From: a bacterium
Lineage (GTDB): Bacteria > Bdellovibrionota_C > UBA2361 > RFPC01
Direction of reading: 5' to 3'
Assembly (NCBI GenBank): GCA_030428205.1
Contig: JAUIBK010000021.1
Coordinates: forward strand, 2,523 to 66,522
Length of the DNA: 64,000 bases
The notes under the pieces were generated by a model. That model was not told the DNA's origin, searched no databases, and worked only from the letters and a program-made list of their open reading frames with translations. Of the stretch, positions 18,326 to 27,510 are shown piece by piece. Position 1 is the stretch's first letter, and each line of letters starts with the position of its first letter. The position numbers were made by a program, and so were the translations under genes.

Positions 18326-19780
18326 ATGCCGCTTATTAACTTTTCCGGTCTCGCTTCGGGTATTGATTCTGAAGCACTTATCGAAGCTACGAGCGAAGCC
18401 TCGCGAGCCGTGCGTGTTGTGCCGCTCGAAGAAGAGGTCACCGAACACGAAGAAGAAACAAGTGCTCTTGAAGAGCTCAAATCGATGCTCGATAACCTTA
18501 AAGATCTCGGTGAAGAGTTTACCTCACTCAACGGTGGTGTTGTTGCAAAAACAGTAACAAGTTCAGATGAGACCGTGGTATCTGCTGTTGCAAGCAACGC
18601 GGCTGATATCGCTAGCTATGAAATTGCCTCTGTAACATCTCTTGCTTCAAATGCGACGTTTTCCTTTAGTGAAGCAATATCAGATCCAGATGCAGCCATT
18701 CTTGGAACGGGAAGAAACGGCGCAATTGAAATCACCATTGGGAGTGCTTCTGGTGGAAATCAAGAAACGATTACAATAGATGTAACAGAAGATGATACCA
18801 CCTTTAGTGAGCTTATTGCTGAGATTAACAACTCTACCTCACGTGCAACCGCTAGCCTTGTTAATGTTGGAACCGAATCGAGCCCTAGCTATAAAATGGT
18901 TATCACCTCAAATGAGATTGGTTCTGCAGATGCAGAGATATCTATCGATACGGATGTTGCTCATAGTGTGACAGCAGATCAACACCTTGATGACGATGCG
19001 CTTGATGACGCGACTGCTACTCTCGATCAAGCGACTGATGCTGTATTCGAAGTCACTGGTATTGGCACTATCACAAAGAGCAGCAACACCATTACCGATC
19101 TCTTTACTGGAGTCACACTGACGCTCAACGCTGAAAGTGGTACAGCAACAAACCTCCAGATTAAAAACGACGCATCTGCTACAGAAGCGGCGGTAAAGGA
19201 GTGGGTAGATGCTTATAATGAAATGATAGCGTTTATTGAGGAAAACGATCAGATTACCCGAGAAGAAGATGGCAGCGAAGTAACAAATATCTTTGGTCCC
19301 CTCGCCTCTACGAGACTCGATAACGGTGTCATTACCGCCATACGTGGGGACATCTCAGCTTCTGCTTACGATCCTGCCGGTGATGAAGAACTTCAATTTC
19401 GTATCTTTGCAGACCTCGGAATTACGACCGCACGAGATGGGACACTTGAGTTTGACTCAGATAAATTTCAAGAAGGCGTCAACAACGAACCAGAATCAGT
19501 CTCGGAAATTTTTAAAGCTTTTGGTGATGCACTTGCCACTACGGGTGGAACCATCGACCAGTACACCCGTTTTAATGGATTGATAGATACCGCCGTTGAT
19601 GCCAATGATGCACGAATAGAAGACTTAAACGACCGAATCGCTCGAGCCGAGGAATTTATTCTCGCAGAAGAGCAGCGAATTCGAGCGCGCTTTGCTCGTC
19701 TGGAAAGTACGATTTCAGAGATGCAATCTCAGCAGCAGGCTCTCACCTCAGCACTAGCCGGCCTCCCTGGAGTCGGATAG
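18326..19780 (+). CDS. fliD: Flagellar filament cap protein, paralog 1
   Basis: FSGLASGIDSEALIE N-terminus, SNTITDLFTGVTLTL, WVDAYN, LGITTARDGTL, RFARLE C-terminus. Confidence 0.9.
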   Translation: MPLINFSGLASGIDSEALIEATSEASRAVRVVPLEEEVTEHEEETSALEELKSMLDNLKDLGEEFTSLNGGVVAKTVTSSDETVVSAVASNAADIASYEIASVTSLASNATFSFSEAISDPDAAILGTGRNGAIEITIGSASGGNQETITIDVTEDDTTFSELIAEINNSTSRATASLVNVGTESSPSYKMVITSNEIGSADAEISIDTDVAHSVTADQHLDDDALDDATATLDQATDAVFEVTGIGTITKSSNTITDLFTGVTLTLNAESGTATNLQIKNDASATEAAVKEWVDAYNEMIAFIEENDQITREEDGSEVTNIFGPLASTRLDNGVITAIRGDISASAYDPAGDEELQFRIFADLGITTARDGTLEFDSDKFQEGVNNEPESVSEIFKAFGDALATTGGTIDQYTRFNGLIDTAVDANDARIEDLNDRIARAEEFILAEEQRIRARFARLESTISEMQSQQQALTSALAGLPGVG

Positions 19781-19784
19781 TAAG

Positions 19785-20020
19785 AAGGGGGCAGCCTTTG
19801 CCCGCTGTTCGCTCCAACCGCCTATGGCGGTTTACGCGACCCTCTGCTTGCCGCTTTTCCTTTAGAAAAGCTACGCAGAGGGCTTCGTCAGGAAGATTTT
19901 TTCGTGCTCGATGTACCATACGTACGTCTCCGCGCGAAAATAACGCTGCGCTAGCTCGCGTCATATAAGGAAATTCGCTCTGTTAGAGCGATCTCGACAC
20001 CGAACAAACTCTGCCCCCTT
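19785..20020. mobile_element. MITE-like non-coding element between the fliD paralogs
   Basis: Ends AAGGGGGCAG (19785) and CTGCCCCCTT (20011-20020) are inverted; 20 bp of the left end recurs directly at 20073-20092. Confidence 0.4.
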
Positions 20021-20129
20021 ACAGTGCCTCATCAAATTCTGTAAGAATGCCATCACTACAATTCGAAGAGAAAAGGGGGCAGCCTTTGCCCGTAACATAC
20101 TATAACTATTGAGAATTTTAAGATTATTC

Positions 20130-20156
20130 TCAAGCCATTCTCTAACCTGCCGATAC
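20130..20156 (+). promoter_or_regulatory. Sigma28 (FliA) promoter of fliD2
   Basis: TCAA-N15-GCCGATAC, about 60 bp before the ATG. Confidence 0.75.
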
Positions 20157-20217
20157 TTCTATCTGAATGAGCAAAAGGAAGTAGCGCTCAACAGAGAGTA
20201 CATGAGGTACAAGCAGT

Positions 20218-21627
20218 ATGGCACTTATTCAGTTTCCCGGCCTCGCCTCGGGGATAGACACAGGCGCCTTAATCGATGCACTTATCGATCAGCAACGCGC
20301 TACCCGCATTGTCCCGTACGAAAATCAGATTACAACTCTTCAAGAAACAAACTCAGCCTTTGAGGAACTCTCTACCTATCTCAGCACATTACAAACATCA
20401 ATTGAAGGATTTCGAGCTATTAACGGGGGAGCCCTCTCAAGAAGTGCAAGCTCTTCAGATGAAACAACACTTAGTGCTACAGCGAGTAATGCAGCAAATA
20501 GCGGGGTCTACGATGTGACTGTTACCCAACTCGCCTCAAGTGCAACCTTTTCGTTCGACGATCGTTTCACTGATAGTACAGATGCCATTAATAGCTCAAT
20601 CAATGACGGTGCTGCAGAAGCAGATCGCACAGTGAGCTATACAATAGGAAGCGGAGATTCTGAAGAGTCTGTAGATATCGTACTCTCAAGCTCAACGACA
20701 GCAAGTGATTTTGTAAACGAGTTCAACGCTCAGAGCTCTCAAGCAACAGCCTCAATTGTCAACGTTGGCACGGACGCAAGCCCGAGTTATGCGATTATGA
20801 TTAACTCGAACTACGAAGGCACCGAGCAAGGTTCCATTACCCTTGATAGTGTCGGAACAGAGGTCCAAACAGCTGGCTCTGGTGCGTTTACGGCAAACCA
20901 GCTCGATCAAGCCACAAACCTACAGTTTCATATCACTGGGATAGCCGGAACAATTGAACGCTCATCGAATACGGTAACAGATGTTATTGCTGGGCTCTCA
21001 TTTACAGCAAACGACACTGGTTCCGCAACTCTCTCGGTAAGCACAGATAGCACAGCCACCGAAGCAAACGTTCAAGCTTTTGTTGAAGCTTATAATGAGC
21101 TCTATGCTTTCATCTCAGAAAACGATGCAATAGTTCAGGATGAAAGCGGCGGTGAAGTAACAAATATCACTGGACCACTTGGATCGACTTCACTCGACGA
21201 AGGAATTATTTCATCGCTTCGATCTGCCTTTTCAAACGCTGGAATTTCCGGCGAAACCATAAATGTACTTTCTGACCTTGGCATCACAACTCAACGAGAC
21301 GGAACACTCACATTTGATGCTGACACTTTTCGAGATGCGCTGAACGAGGACTCTGTGAGTGTTGGTACTATCTTAGAGAACCTCGGCGAAGCACTTGGTG
21401 GGGTTGATGGAACGATTGCGCAGTACACCCGCTTTAATGGACTCATCGATCAAGCTGTACAATCAAACGATGACAGAGTTAACTCACTCAACGACCGTAT
21501 TGCAGATTTAGAAACAAACCTGGCCTCTCAAGAGCAGAGCCTCATTGCACGCTTTGCTTCACTTGAAGCGCAAATAAGCCAATTGCAGAATCAACAAAAC
21601 TCTTTGGCCTCCCTCCTTCCCAGCTAA
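20218..21627 (+). CDS. fliD: Flagellar filament cap protein, paralog 2
   Basis: FPGLASGIDTGALID, FVEAYN, LGITTQRDGTL, QYTRFNGLID shared with paralog 1, RFASLE. Confidence 0.9.
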   Translation: MALIQFPGLASGIDTGALIDALIDQQRATRIVPYENQITTLQETNSAFEELSTYLSTLQTSIEGFRAINGGALSRSASSSDETTLSATASNAANSGVYDVTVTQLASSATFSFDDRFTDSTDAINSSINDGAAEADRTVSYTIGSGDSEESVDIVLSSSTTASDFVNEFNAQSSQATASIVNVGTDASPSYAIMINSNYEGTEQGSITLDSVGTEVQTAGSGAFTANQLDQATNLQFHITGIAGTIERSSNTVTDVIAGLSFTANDTGSATLSVSTDSTATEANVQAFVEAYNELYAFISENDAIVQDESGGEVTNITGPLGSTSLDEGIISSLRSAFSNAGISGETINVLSDLGITTQRDGTLTFDADTFRDALNEDSVSVGTILENLGEALGGVDGTIAQYTRFNGLIDQAVQSNDDRVNSLNDRIADLETNLASQEQSLIARFASLEAQISQLQNQQNSLASLLPS

Positions 21628-21739
21628 TTTATTTCAGTATTTCAGACAGTTAGTATTTTCCACTTCATTTTATACGTAGTTTTACGTATACATGGAGCGC
21701 TCACCCATCTCCACCTTTACCTACCATCTGGAGGCCCAC

Positions 21740-22147
21740 ATGAACCACGCTTCACTACTCGACCAAATTGGCGGAGTATCCGCTGCCCAAGGAATCTCTC
21801 GAAACTTTCTCTATGCAGTACGGATGAACCAAGAGCTTGGCAGCTACTTTAGGGAGTTGAGTGAAGTACGCTTACAGGAGATCGAGTTACGCTTGATTGA
21901 CCTCTTTCTTGAAGAACTCGGAGGCTCAACGAGCTATAAGGGAGCGCCACTTGAGAGCCTTATGCGTAACCTCGGCTTAACTCACCGAGAGTGGACCTTA
22001 GCTATGGGCTGCCTACTAGAAGCTGTTCAAGCCCAAGGACTTTCGATAGCCTCACAAAATCTAGTCATGAAACAGATCGCGGTTCTCGAGCCAAAAACAC
22101 TCATTAATCAAAAAGAAAAACAAAAAAAAGGGGTAGCTATCGGGTAA
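21740..22147 (+). CDS. Group I truncated-hemoglobin-like protein, proximal His apparently absent
   Basis: SLLDQIGG, ELGSYF, LGGSTSYKG, LGLT pattern of 2/2 globins; GGAGG before ATG 21740. Confidence 0.65.
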   Translation: MNHASLLDQIGGVSAAQGISRNFLYAVRMNQELGSYFRELSEVRLQEIELRLIDLFLEELGGSTSYKGAPLESLMRNLGLTHREWTLAMGCLLEAVQAQGLSIASQNLVMKQIAVLEPKTLINQKEKQKKGVAIG

Positions 22148-23000
22148 TCACTACTTTATTAGAATCTTGCAGCTTCGCAAATTGTGGTCCTGGTGTTGTT
22201 TCCGCAAGTGGAGTGAAAGATACAAGCTGAGTGTTGACTGAGCCAATAAAAACATCACTCTTGATAAGAAGTATTTCTCTCCTTTCGTCAGCTGTTACGT
22301 AGATACGAGCCTCACGCAACTTACTCTTTCCGTCACCTGACGTAAGCTTAATAACTTTTGGAACCACAACCCAGACTGGACGGGTCTCTCCATTTACGTT
22401 CATCTCGGTGCGATCTTCGGCTGTTAAAGAGATGAGATAACGACTCTTTCCAGAAAATGTGTCAAAGTGTCGAGTTTGCCCAAGTTCCCAAGGAAGACTT
22501 CGCGCAAGAAATCCAGCAGAAAAAGGCTCAAGGGTAAAGTTTTGAGGATCAAAGACCTCATCTGTCTCTAACTTCCCTCGCTTCCAACGCACTGCATGTA
22601 TATTTCCGTTTGGAAGAAACGCAACCTTATCTTGTTTCGTGCGAGAGTTCTCACGCTGGTCTATCTCCATACGCTTTGGAGTCATGTCTGAGGAGAAGAT
22701 ACCAGAAGCACGGTAACGAAGCTTATAGAAGACATCAATATAACGGTTCGTCCGCGCAGTAGCAGAGACATGATACTCACCATCAAGCTTTTCAACGTAG
22801 ACTTTGACTTTGGCAGCCCCAATACCTTGCCAGCTGACACGGTACTCATAAACCCCGAGTGAAGGCTCATACGCAAGATTGGGCTCATACTGAGGGGTAG
22901 AGACGAGGACTTCTGCGGCAGAGACATCGCGAGGCTTTTCTGCATGTACAAGACACGGAAAAGCGATAACACAAAACAGAGAAAGAATAATGCGCAGCAT
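22137..23000 (-). CDS. Exported DUF3108-like protein
   Basis: Signal peptide; YRVSWQGIGAA, ARSLPWELG, IYVTADERR pattern. Confidence 0.7.
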   Translation of the reverse strand: MLRIILSLFCVIAFPCLVHAEKPRDVSAAEVLVSTPQYEPNLAYEPSLGVYEYRVSWQGIGAAKVKVYVEKLDGEYHVSATARTNRYIDVFYKLRYRASGIFSSDMTPKRMEIDQRENSRTKQDKVAFLPNGNIHAVRWKRGKLETDEVFDPQNFTLEPFSAGFLARSLPWELGQTRHFDTFSGKSRYLISLTAEDRTEMNVNGETRPVWVVVPKVIKLTSGDGKSKLREARIYVTADERREILLIKSDVFIGSVNTQLVSFTPLAETTPGPQFAKLQDSNKVVITR

Positions 23001-23153
23001 GTTGTAATCCTAAAATGAGGCGAGCTTGAATATCCTGCTGCTATTGTAGCAACTCTGTTGTGCTTACGCACCCACTGGAGTCCGCACCCCTGAAGTCACT
23101 AAGCACCTGTATTTACTATATAAAGCAGGTAATTCGTAAGGTATAAGCTAAAG

Positions 23154-23291
23154 CCAAGAATTAAGATCAAAACCAAGATGAGAGACCAAGACTACAACGA
23201 AGCCCAAGGCTACAAAAGAGAGGCTTTCGCTCTCTCGTCTCTGTCTGGGCCTCCGCCTTTGCCTAGATCTTGGTTTTGGTCTTATTCTTGG
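23154..23291. repeat. Degenerate hexamer-based inverted repeat in a divergent intergenic region
   Basis: CCAAGAATTAAGATCAAAACCAAGAT (23154-23179) pairs imperfectly with ATCTTGGTTTTGGTCTTATTCTTGG (23267-23291). Confidence 0.55.
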
Positions 23292-23435
23292 AACCTGTCT
23301 CAAAAGTTAGTGCAACTCACTGATTCTCGGTGACCTCAATGTGCTCGATAGTTATACTCGACTTTAAAAGAACCACCGAGGTAACTGAGAGTTTTTGGAA
23401 AACTTCTTGGTATCAGCCTCCACCTCCACACAAAA

Positions 23436-23981
23436 ATGAATGAATACGAAATGCCTCAACCTCCATCCTCACTCCTAGAACAAGAAGCACCGGGCCTCTT
23501 CGGCTCACTGAAAAGAAGTTGTTCTTGCCCTGAGGAGCTTGCTCTCTTGTGTGACTCTTACGAGCTCTCAGTGAAACACCGAGGAAAAGAAGAGGTTGGA
23601 TTTACCAGAAAGGAAGGCGTCTCATATAACCCCAGACCTGCTCGGATTGGTGCCATACTCATTAAACACTACCCAACAAATTCACTAAGTGCCATCCAAC
23701 GTGGAATACTCGCTTGCGCCTCAGAGCTTCCTCAACGTTATCAACGCTCTGTCATTTCTATTCTCAATCCATCTCCCGCATGCTCCGAAGAAGAGCTCGC
23801 TATTGCAGCAACCCTGTGTCTCGATGACCTGCGCCATCTCCACTTACGCTCAGACAAAGATGAAGTGATTGAAAAATTAAAATCTCGGGCAAAGACAATG
23901 ATAAACTTCATGAACGAGCACGAAGCCCTAAAGGATCTTTACACCATCCTTTCTGCCGCGGTACAACGTTACGAAAGATGA
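23436..23981 (+). CDS. Hypothetical protein, possibly a degenerate RelA/SpoT HD-hydrolase fold
   Basis: YELSVKH...RKEGVSYNPRPARIGAIL resembles AY.LA..AH..Q.RKSGEPYI.HP..VA.IL; stop overlaps the next start. Confidence 0.55.
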   Translation: MNEYEMPQPPSSLLEQEAPGLFGSLKRSCSCPEELALLCDSYELSVKHRGKEEVGFTRKEGVSYNPRPARIGAILIKHYPTNSLSAIQRGILACASELPQRYQRSVISILNPSPACSEEELAIAATLCLDDLRHLHLRSDKDEVIEKLKSRAKTMINFMNEHEALKDLYTILSAAVQRYER

Positions 23982-24766
23982 GTAAAGAAACTTGCCCTGC
24001 CTCCACCATTGGCCGACCTCAGTTCCCTATCGCCTCTTGGTTGATAAGCCCTCTTCATTTCATCATTTTTTGGTGCATTTTGCTTGGATTTCATATACCA
24101 CTCATGGTAGCGAAGCTCTTTGGACAACGTGCTATTGGCTTTGTGTATACCCTTCTTTGTGGGGCTCATGTGGCGAACATCAAGCTCGGGGGCACACGGA
24201 TTAACTTTTTCCTTGCCCAAGAGCTTCCGACAGACAGACCGCTTGTCCTCGTCTCAAACCACCAGAGCATGTACGACATCCCGTGCCTCGTTTGGTATCT
24301 CAAACACCACCATCCACGCTTTATTGCTAAAAAAGAGCTCACCCGCTTTATCCCTTCCATCTCTTATGCTTTGCGCAACTGCAATCATCTCCTCATTGAT
24401 AGAAACGACCCACATAGTGCCGTAGAGCAGATCTCTCTATACGCAAAAGGCGTTGAAAAACACCGCTCCACTATCTGCATATTTCCTGAAGGCACGCGAG
24501 CAAAAGACGGGGTGATGAAACGGTTTAAGTCTCGGGGACTAGAGACCCTCTTAAAAGAGATCCCCTCTGCTCTTGTGGTCCCTATAGCAATCGATGGCTT
24601 TGCTCACCTTGTGAAGAGAAAATTCTTTCCCTTTCCTTACGGAGAAACAGCTTCGCTTTCCGTGCTCACTCCACTTGAACCTTCTGGATACTCCCCAAAA
24701 GAGCTCACCTCTTTATGTGAGACACAGATACGTGCTGCCTTAAAACAAGAGCCAGCCATTTCATAG
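23978..24766 (+). CDS. plsC: 1-acyl-sn-glycerol-3-phosphate acyltransferase family protein
   Basis: NHQSMYD (HX4D), FIAKKEL, FPEGTR motifs. Confidence 0.8.
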   Translation: MSKETCPASTIGRPQFPIASWLISPLHFIIFWCILLGFHIPLMVAKLFGQRAIGFVYTLLCGAHVANIKLGGTRINFFLAQELPTDRPLVLVSNHQSMYDIPCLVWYLKHHHPRFIAKKELTRFIPSISYALRNCNHLLIDRNDPHSAVEQISLYAKGVEKHRSTICIFPEGTRAKDGVMKRFKSRGLETLLKEIPSALVVPIAIDGFAHLVKRKFFPFPYGETASLSVLTPLEPSGYSPKELTSLCETQIRAALKQEPAIS

Positions 24767-24824
24767 AGTTGAAAACTTCAGAATAATCTATTGAGTCCGA
24801 CCTACTCACAGAGAAGAAGTGAAA

Positions 24825-25832
24825 TTATACACGAGGTGTCTTGCAATGAATAAAGTGCACAACCTCTACAGCCCCCCTTGGAGAGCTCTCTAGGTACACG
24901 TAGGGCTCACCTGGAGGGTGCGAAACTGTTATACTTGCACCGTCCTCAAGTACACGAAAGACGGCCATTGTCTCTTTGAGTGATATAGCGGAACCGATCT
25001 TAGATGTAAGAGCTCCTCCGCACGGAAAGTGATACGAGCTTTCTAATTGAAGGTGGTACAGGCCTCGAAGCAATCCAGCTGCAATCAACGGTTCGTTCAC
25101 AGCTTTACTCTCATCTCCATTCCAGCATCCCCGATAGATATCTCCTAATGCCATGTGAGCCTCTGGTAAGCTCATTGAACTCAGTGAGCACTCTACACTT
25201 ACTTCACACGGCAATATTGCAGCACGAGGACCAACCTGTGGCGCAAGATTGTCCAGTATTTGTACTCCTTGTTCTTTGAGCAAACCATTATCAAAGGTCT
25301 CGGTCACAAGAAGATCAGGTGCACAAGGGAGCTCACAAGTCGTGCAATCTTCTAGGATGATATGAATTCGGTCTGAGAGTCCAAGGTTGTTCACCAAAGT
25401 AGTAGCTCGTTCGACTGAAGCTGGATTTCCTTCTATAGCAAGCACCTGTATTCGGTCATTTTCTAGAGCTAGAGCAAGCGAGAGTAGTGCAAAGGGACCA
25501 CAACCTGCATCAACAGCGTAAAGTGGACCTTCGGATTTTCTTTGTGCCAAAGTTTGTACTGCAGAAGAAATTGCAGAGAGAAATGTGACAGTTCGATTCC
25601 AATCTTGCAAGCAATTTTCAGCCGTTTTCGAGTAGAGCGTGCCGGGGACAGCAACAGACTCACCGAGTCTATCACTTGCCCTACTGTGCTCACGCAGGGT
25701 TCGGACTAAATTCTCTTGAGCAAGCCCCCCTCTCTTAGGGTCCGCAACCTGTTTTAAGAGCTCGCCCACTCGGAGAGCTTCTTGAGAAGGAGGGTTTTGC
25801 TCAGCAGCAATGTCTGGAGTGTGATCTAACAT
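24825..25832 (-). CDS. Class I SAM-dependent methyltransferase, PRMT-like
   Basis: VDAGCGP motif I, VLAIE, and DLLVTETFDNGLLKE resembling the PRMT double-E loop; start placed at ATG 25832. Confidence 0.7.
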   Translation of the reverse strand: MLDHTPDIAAEQNPPSQEALRVGELLKQVADPKRGGLAQENLVRTLREHSRASDRLGESVAVPGTLYSKTAENCLQDWNRTVTFLSAISSAVQTLAQRKSEGPLYAVDAGCGPFALLSLALALENDRIQVLAIEGNPASVERATTLVNNLGLSDRIHIILEDCTTCELPCAPDLLVTETFDNGLLKEQGVQILDNLAPQVGPRAAILPCEVSVECSLSSMSLPEAHMALGDIYRGCWNGDESKAVNEPLIAAGLLRGLYHLQLESSYHFPCGGALTSKIGSAISLKETMAVFRVLEDGASITVSHPPGEPYVYLESSPRGAVEVVHFIHCKTPRV

Positions 25833-25989
25833 GTCTAACCCGAAAAACACTGTATACTACTATACCCATATAATTTTGCTAAGATACCCAACCCTCTTGG
25901 CTCTGTAACTTACTGGTATTTTGACTTCATATGGAAAGTGGGGTAGACCACATCAGCAAGTCTCACACATCTCATGAGCACAGACTGAC

Positions 25990-26073
25990 GCCAGGATGGT
26001 GGAATTGGTAGACACGTCGGATTCAAAATCCGATGCTAGCAATAGCGTGAGGGTTCAAGTCCCTCTCCTGGTA
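25990..26073 (+). tRNA. tRNA-Leu(CAA), CCA not encoded
   Basis: Acceptor GCCAGGA/TCCTGGT-A, D loop GGAATTGGTAGAC, anticodon arm TCGGA-TTCAAAA-TCCGA, long variable arm, T loop GGTTCAAGTCC. Confidence 0.95.
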
Positions 26074-26202
26074 TTTTGATATCTAGAGAATAAGTTAGGG
26101 AGGGACTTGAACCCTCTGCCCCGCAGGGAGAATACTGCTTCAAGACTGATTGCCCCGCAATCAGAAAGTCCCTCTCCTGGTATTTTGATATCTAGAGAAT
26201 AA
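26057..26202. repeat. 37-bp direct repeat of the tRNA 3' end plus trailer, with an inverted T-arm copy between
   Basis: 26057-26093 equals 26166-26202; 26100-26116 is the reverse complement of 26049-26065. Confidence 0.9.
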
Positions 26203-26271
26203 TTTAGCTGCTTCTTTCTATAGTAATTGACGGTGTTCCGACAGGCTGCTCATCAAGTGACGAACTATCCT

Positions 26272-27510
26272 TCAACTTACTCCTAAATGCTTTGGCAACT
26301 TTTCAGCAATAAATGTTTCGACTGAAGTTCCATCCCACTTTTCAGGCTCATAAGCGTGGAGCGCATTTTGAATTCGGAGCATCTGCTCAGGAGTTATAAG
26401 ACTGTGTTTCCCACGGGGAGAGCCACCAACGATATCTGTCACCCCCCATCTTTCGTTTTCAGTAATGCGGTCAGGCTCAAGAAGGTTTTCAGCTGCATTT
26501 AAGATTGCTGCTTCATCAGCGAGTGGGATGCTTGGACGATCACCGAGACGTCCAATGACGTACTGATACGTACCATCCTCAAAATCAGAAACAAGTCGAA
26601 CATAGGGCGTGTGTTCTTTTCGTAAAACAAGTCTAGCAAGAGGCCCCATGTTGGCAATAAACGCCCAGCCCTGGGGTGTTTCATTGAGCTCATAGAGCTC
26701 ATCTACTTTATCATATCCCGTTTCTGGCTCTGACCATTCCGCTTCACCATCGAGATAACACTGAAATCGTCGCAAGAAGGCTTCAACAACATTTGAAACA
26801 TCATCAACACCCATCTTTTTACCAAGTGTCTTGGAGTACGGCTCAAAAAGCCATGTTTGCTGGCCGAGAAGTTTCCATCCAGCATCTCCCGCATACTCTC
26901 CAGCGGAAGCATCAAGGTCATTCGTAACTTTTACCAGTTGTGTGATTCGTGGATTGCACGGCTCTGCCATTACCATCTCATAGTGAACAAACTGGGCAAT
27001 GCTCATCAATACATCTTCATCCCAACCATTTACATAGAGGTGAAACTCCGGTTGGCCATTAATCATATGGTGTGATGCCATCCCTTGGCGAAGTGCTTTG
27101 TGTACCTGCATAAGGGTAGCGTCGAGAAATTTACGGGGAAGATCCCCAGCTTCTCTGGGATTATTATGGTGATCAAATGCACGGTGTTTTCCGTTTTCAG
27201 TTTGTTTGGGAAGACCAGGAACGTATCCATCAAGAGCTATGGAATTGGGCGGGGCATTTTCAACAAACTCTTCCCAGTCGCGTTCCCTACCAGGTTCAAT
27301 AATCACATTTACGTAACCGATCTTTAGAACCTTTCGCTCATAGTTGGAATCAATATCATCCGCAAGCTCGCGAAGCTCCTCAACAGAGAGCCTCCTTAAC
27401 GTCGGGGAGGAAAAGTTGAGAGCTCCATCTGAACCTGGTGGAATCGGTGCTGAAGGCTCTTGAGATAAATGGTCTTGGGGGGTCTCCCCATGGTCAGCTG
27501 CAGGATCCAC
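26272..27510 (-). CDS. Hypothetical protein, possibly a distant DHH phosphoesterase
   Basis: IALDG, AFDHH, NGWDEDV and WGVTDIVGGSPR motifs after a disordered N-terminus. Confidence 0.6.
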   Translation of the reverse strand: MDPAADHGETPQDHLSQEPSAPIPPGSDGALNFSSPTLRRLSVEELRELADDIDSNYERKVLKIGYVNVIIEPGRERDWEEFVENAPPNSIALDGYVPGLPKQTENGKHRAFDHHNNPREAGDLPRKFLDATLMQVHKALRQGMASHHMINGQPEFHLYVNGWDEDVLMSIAQFVHYEMVMAEPCNPRITQLVKVTNDLDASAGEYAGDAGWKLLGQQTWLFEPYSKTLGKKMGVDDVSNVVEAFLRRFQCYLDGEAEWSEPETGYDKVDELYELNETPQGWAFIANMGPLARLVLRKEHTPYVRLVSDFEDGTYQYVIGRLGDRPSIPLADEAAILNAAENLLEPDRITENERWGVTDIVGGSPRGKHSLITPEQMLRIQNALHAYEPEKWDGTSVETFIAEKLPKHLGVS

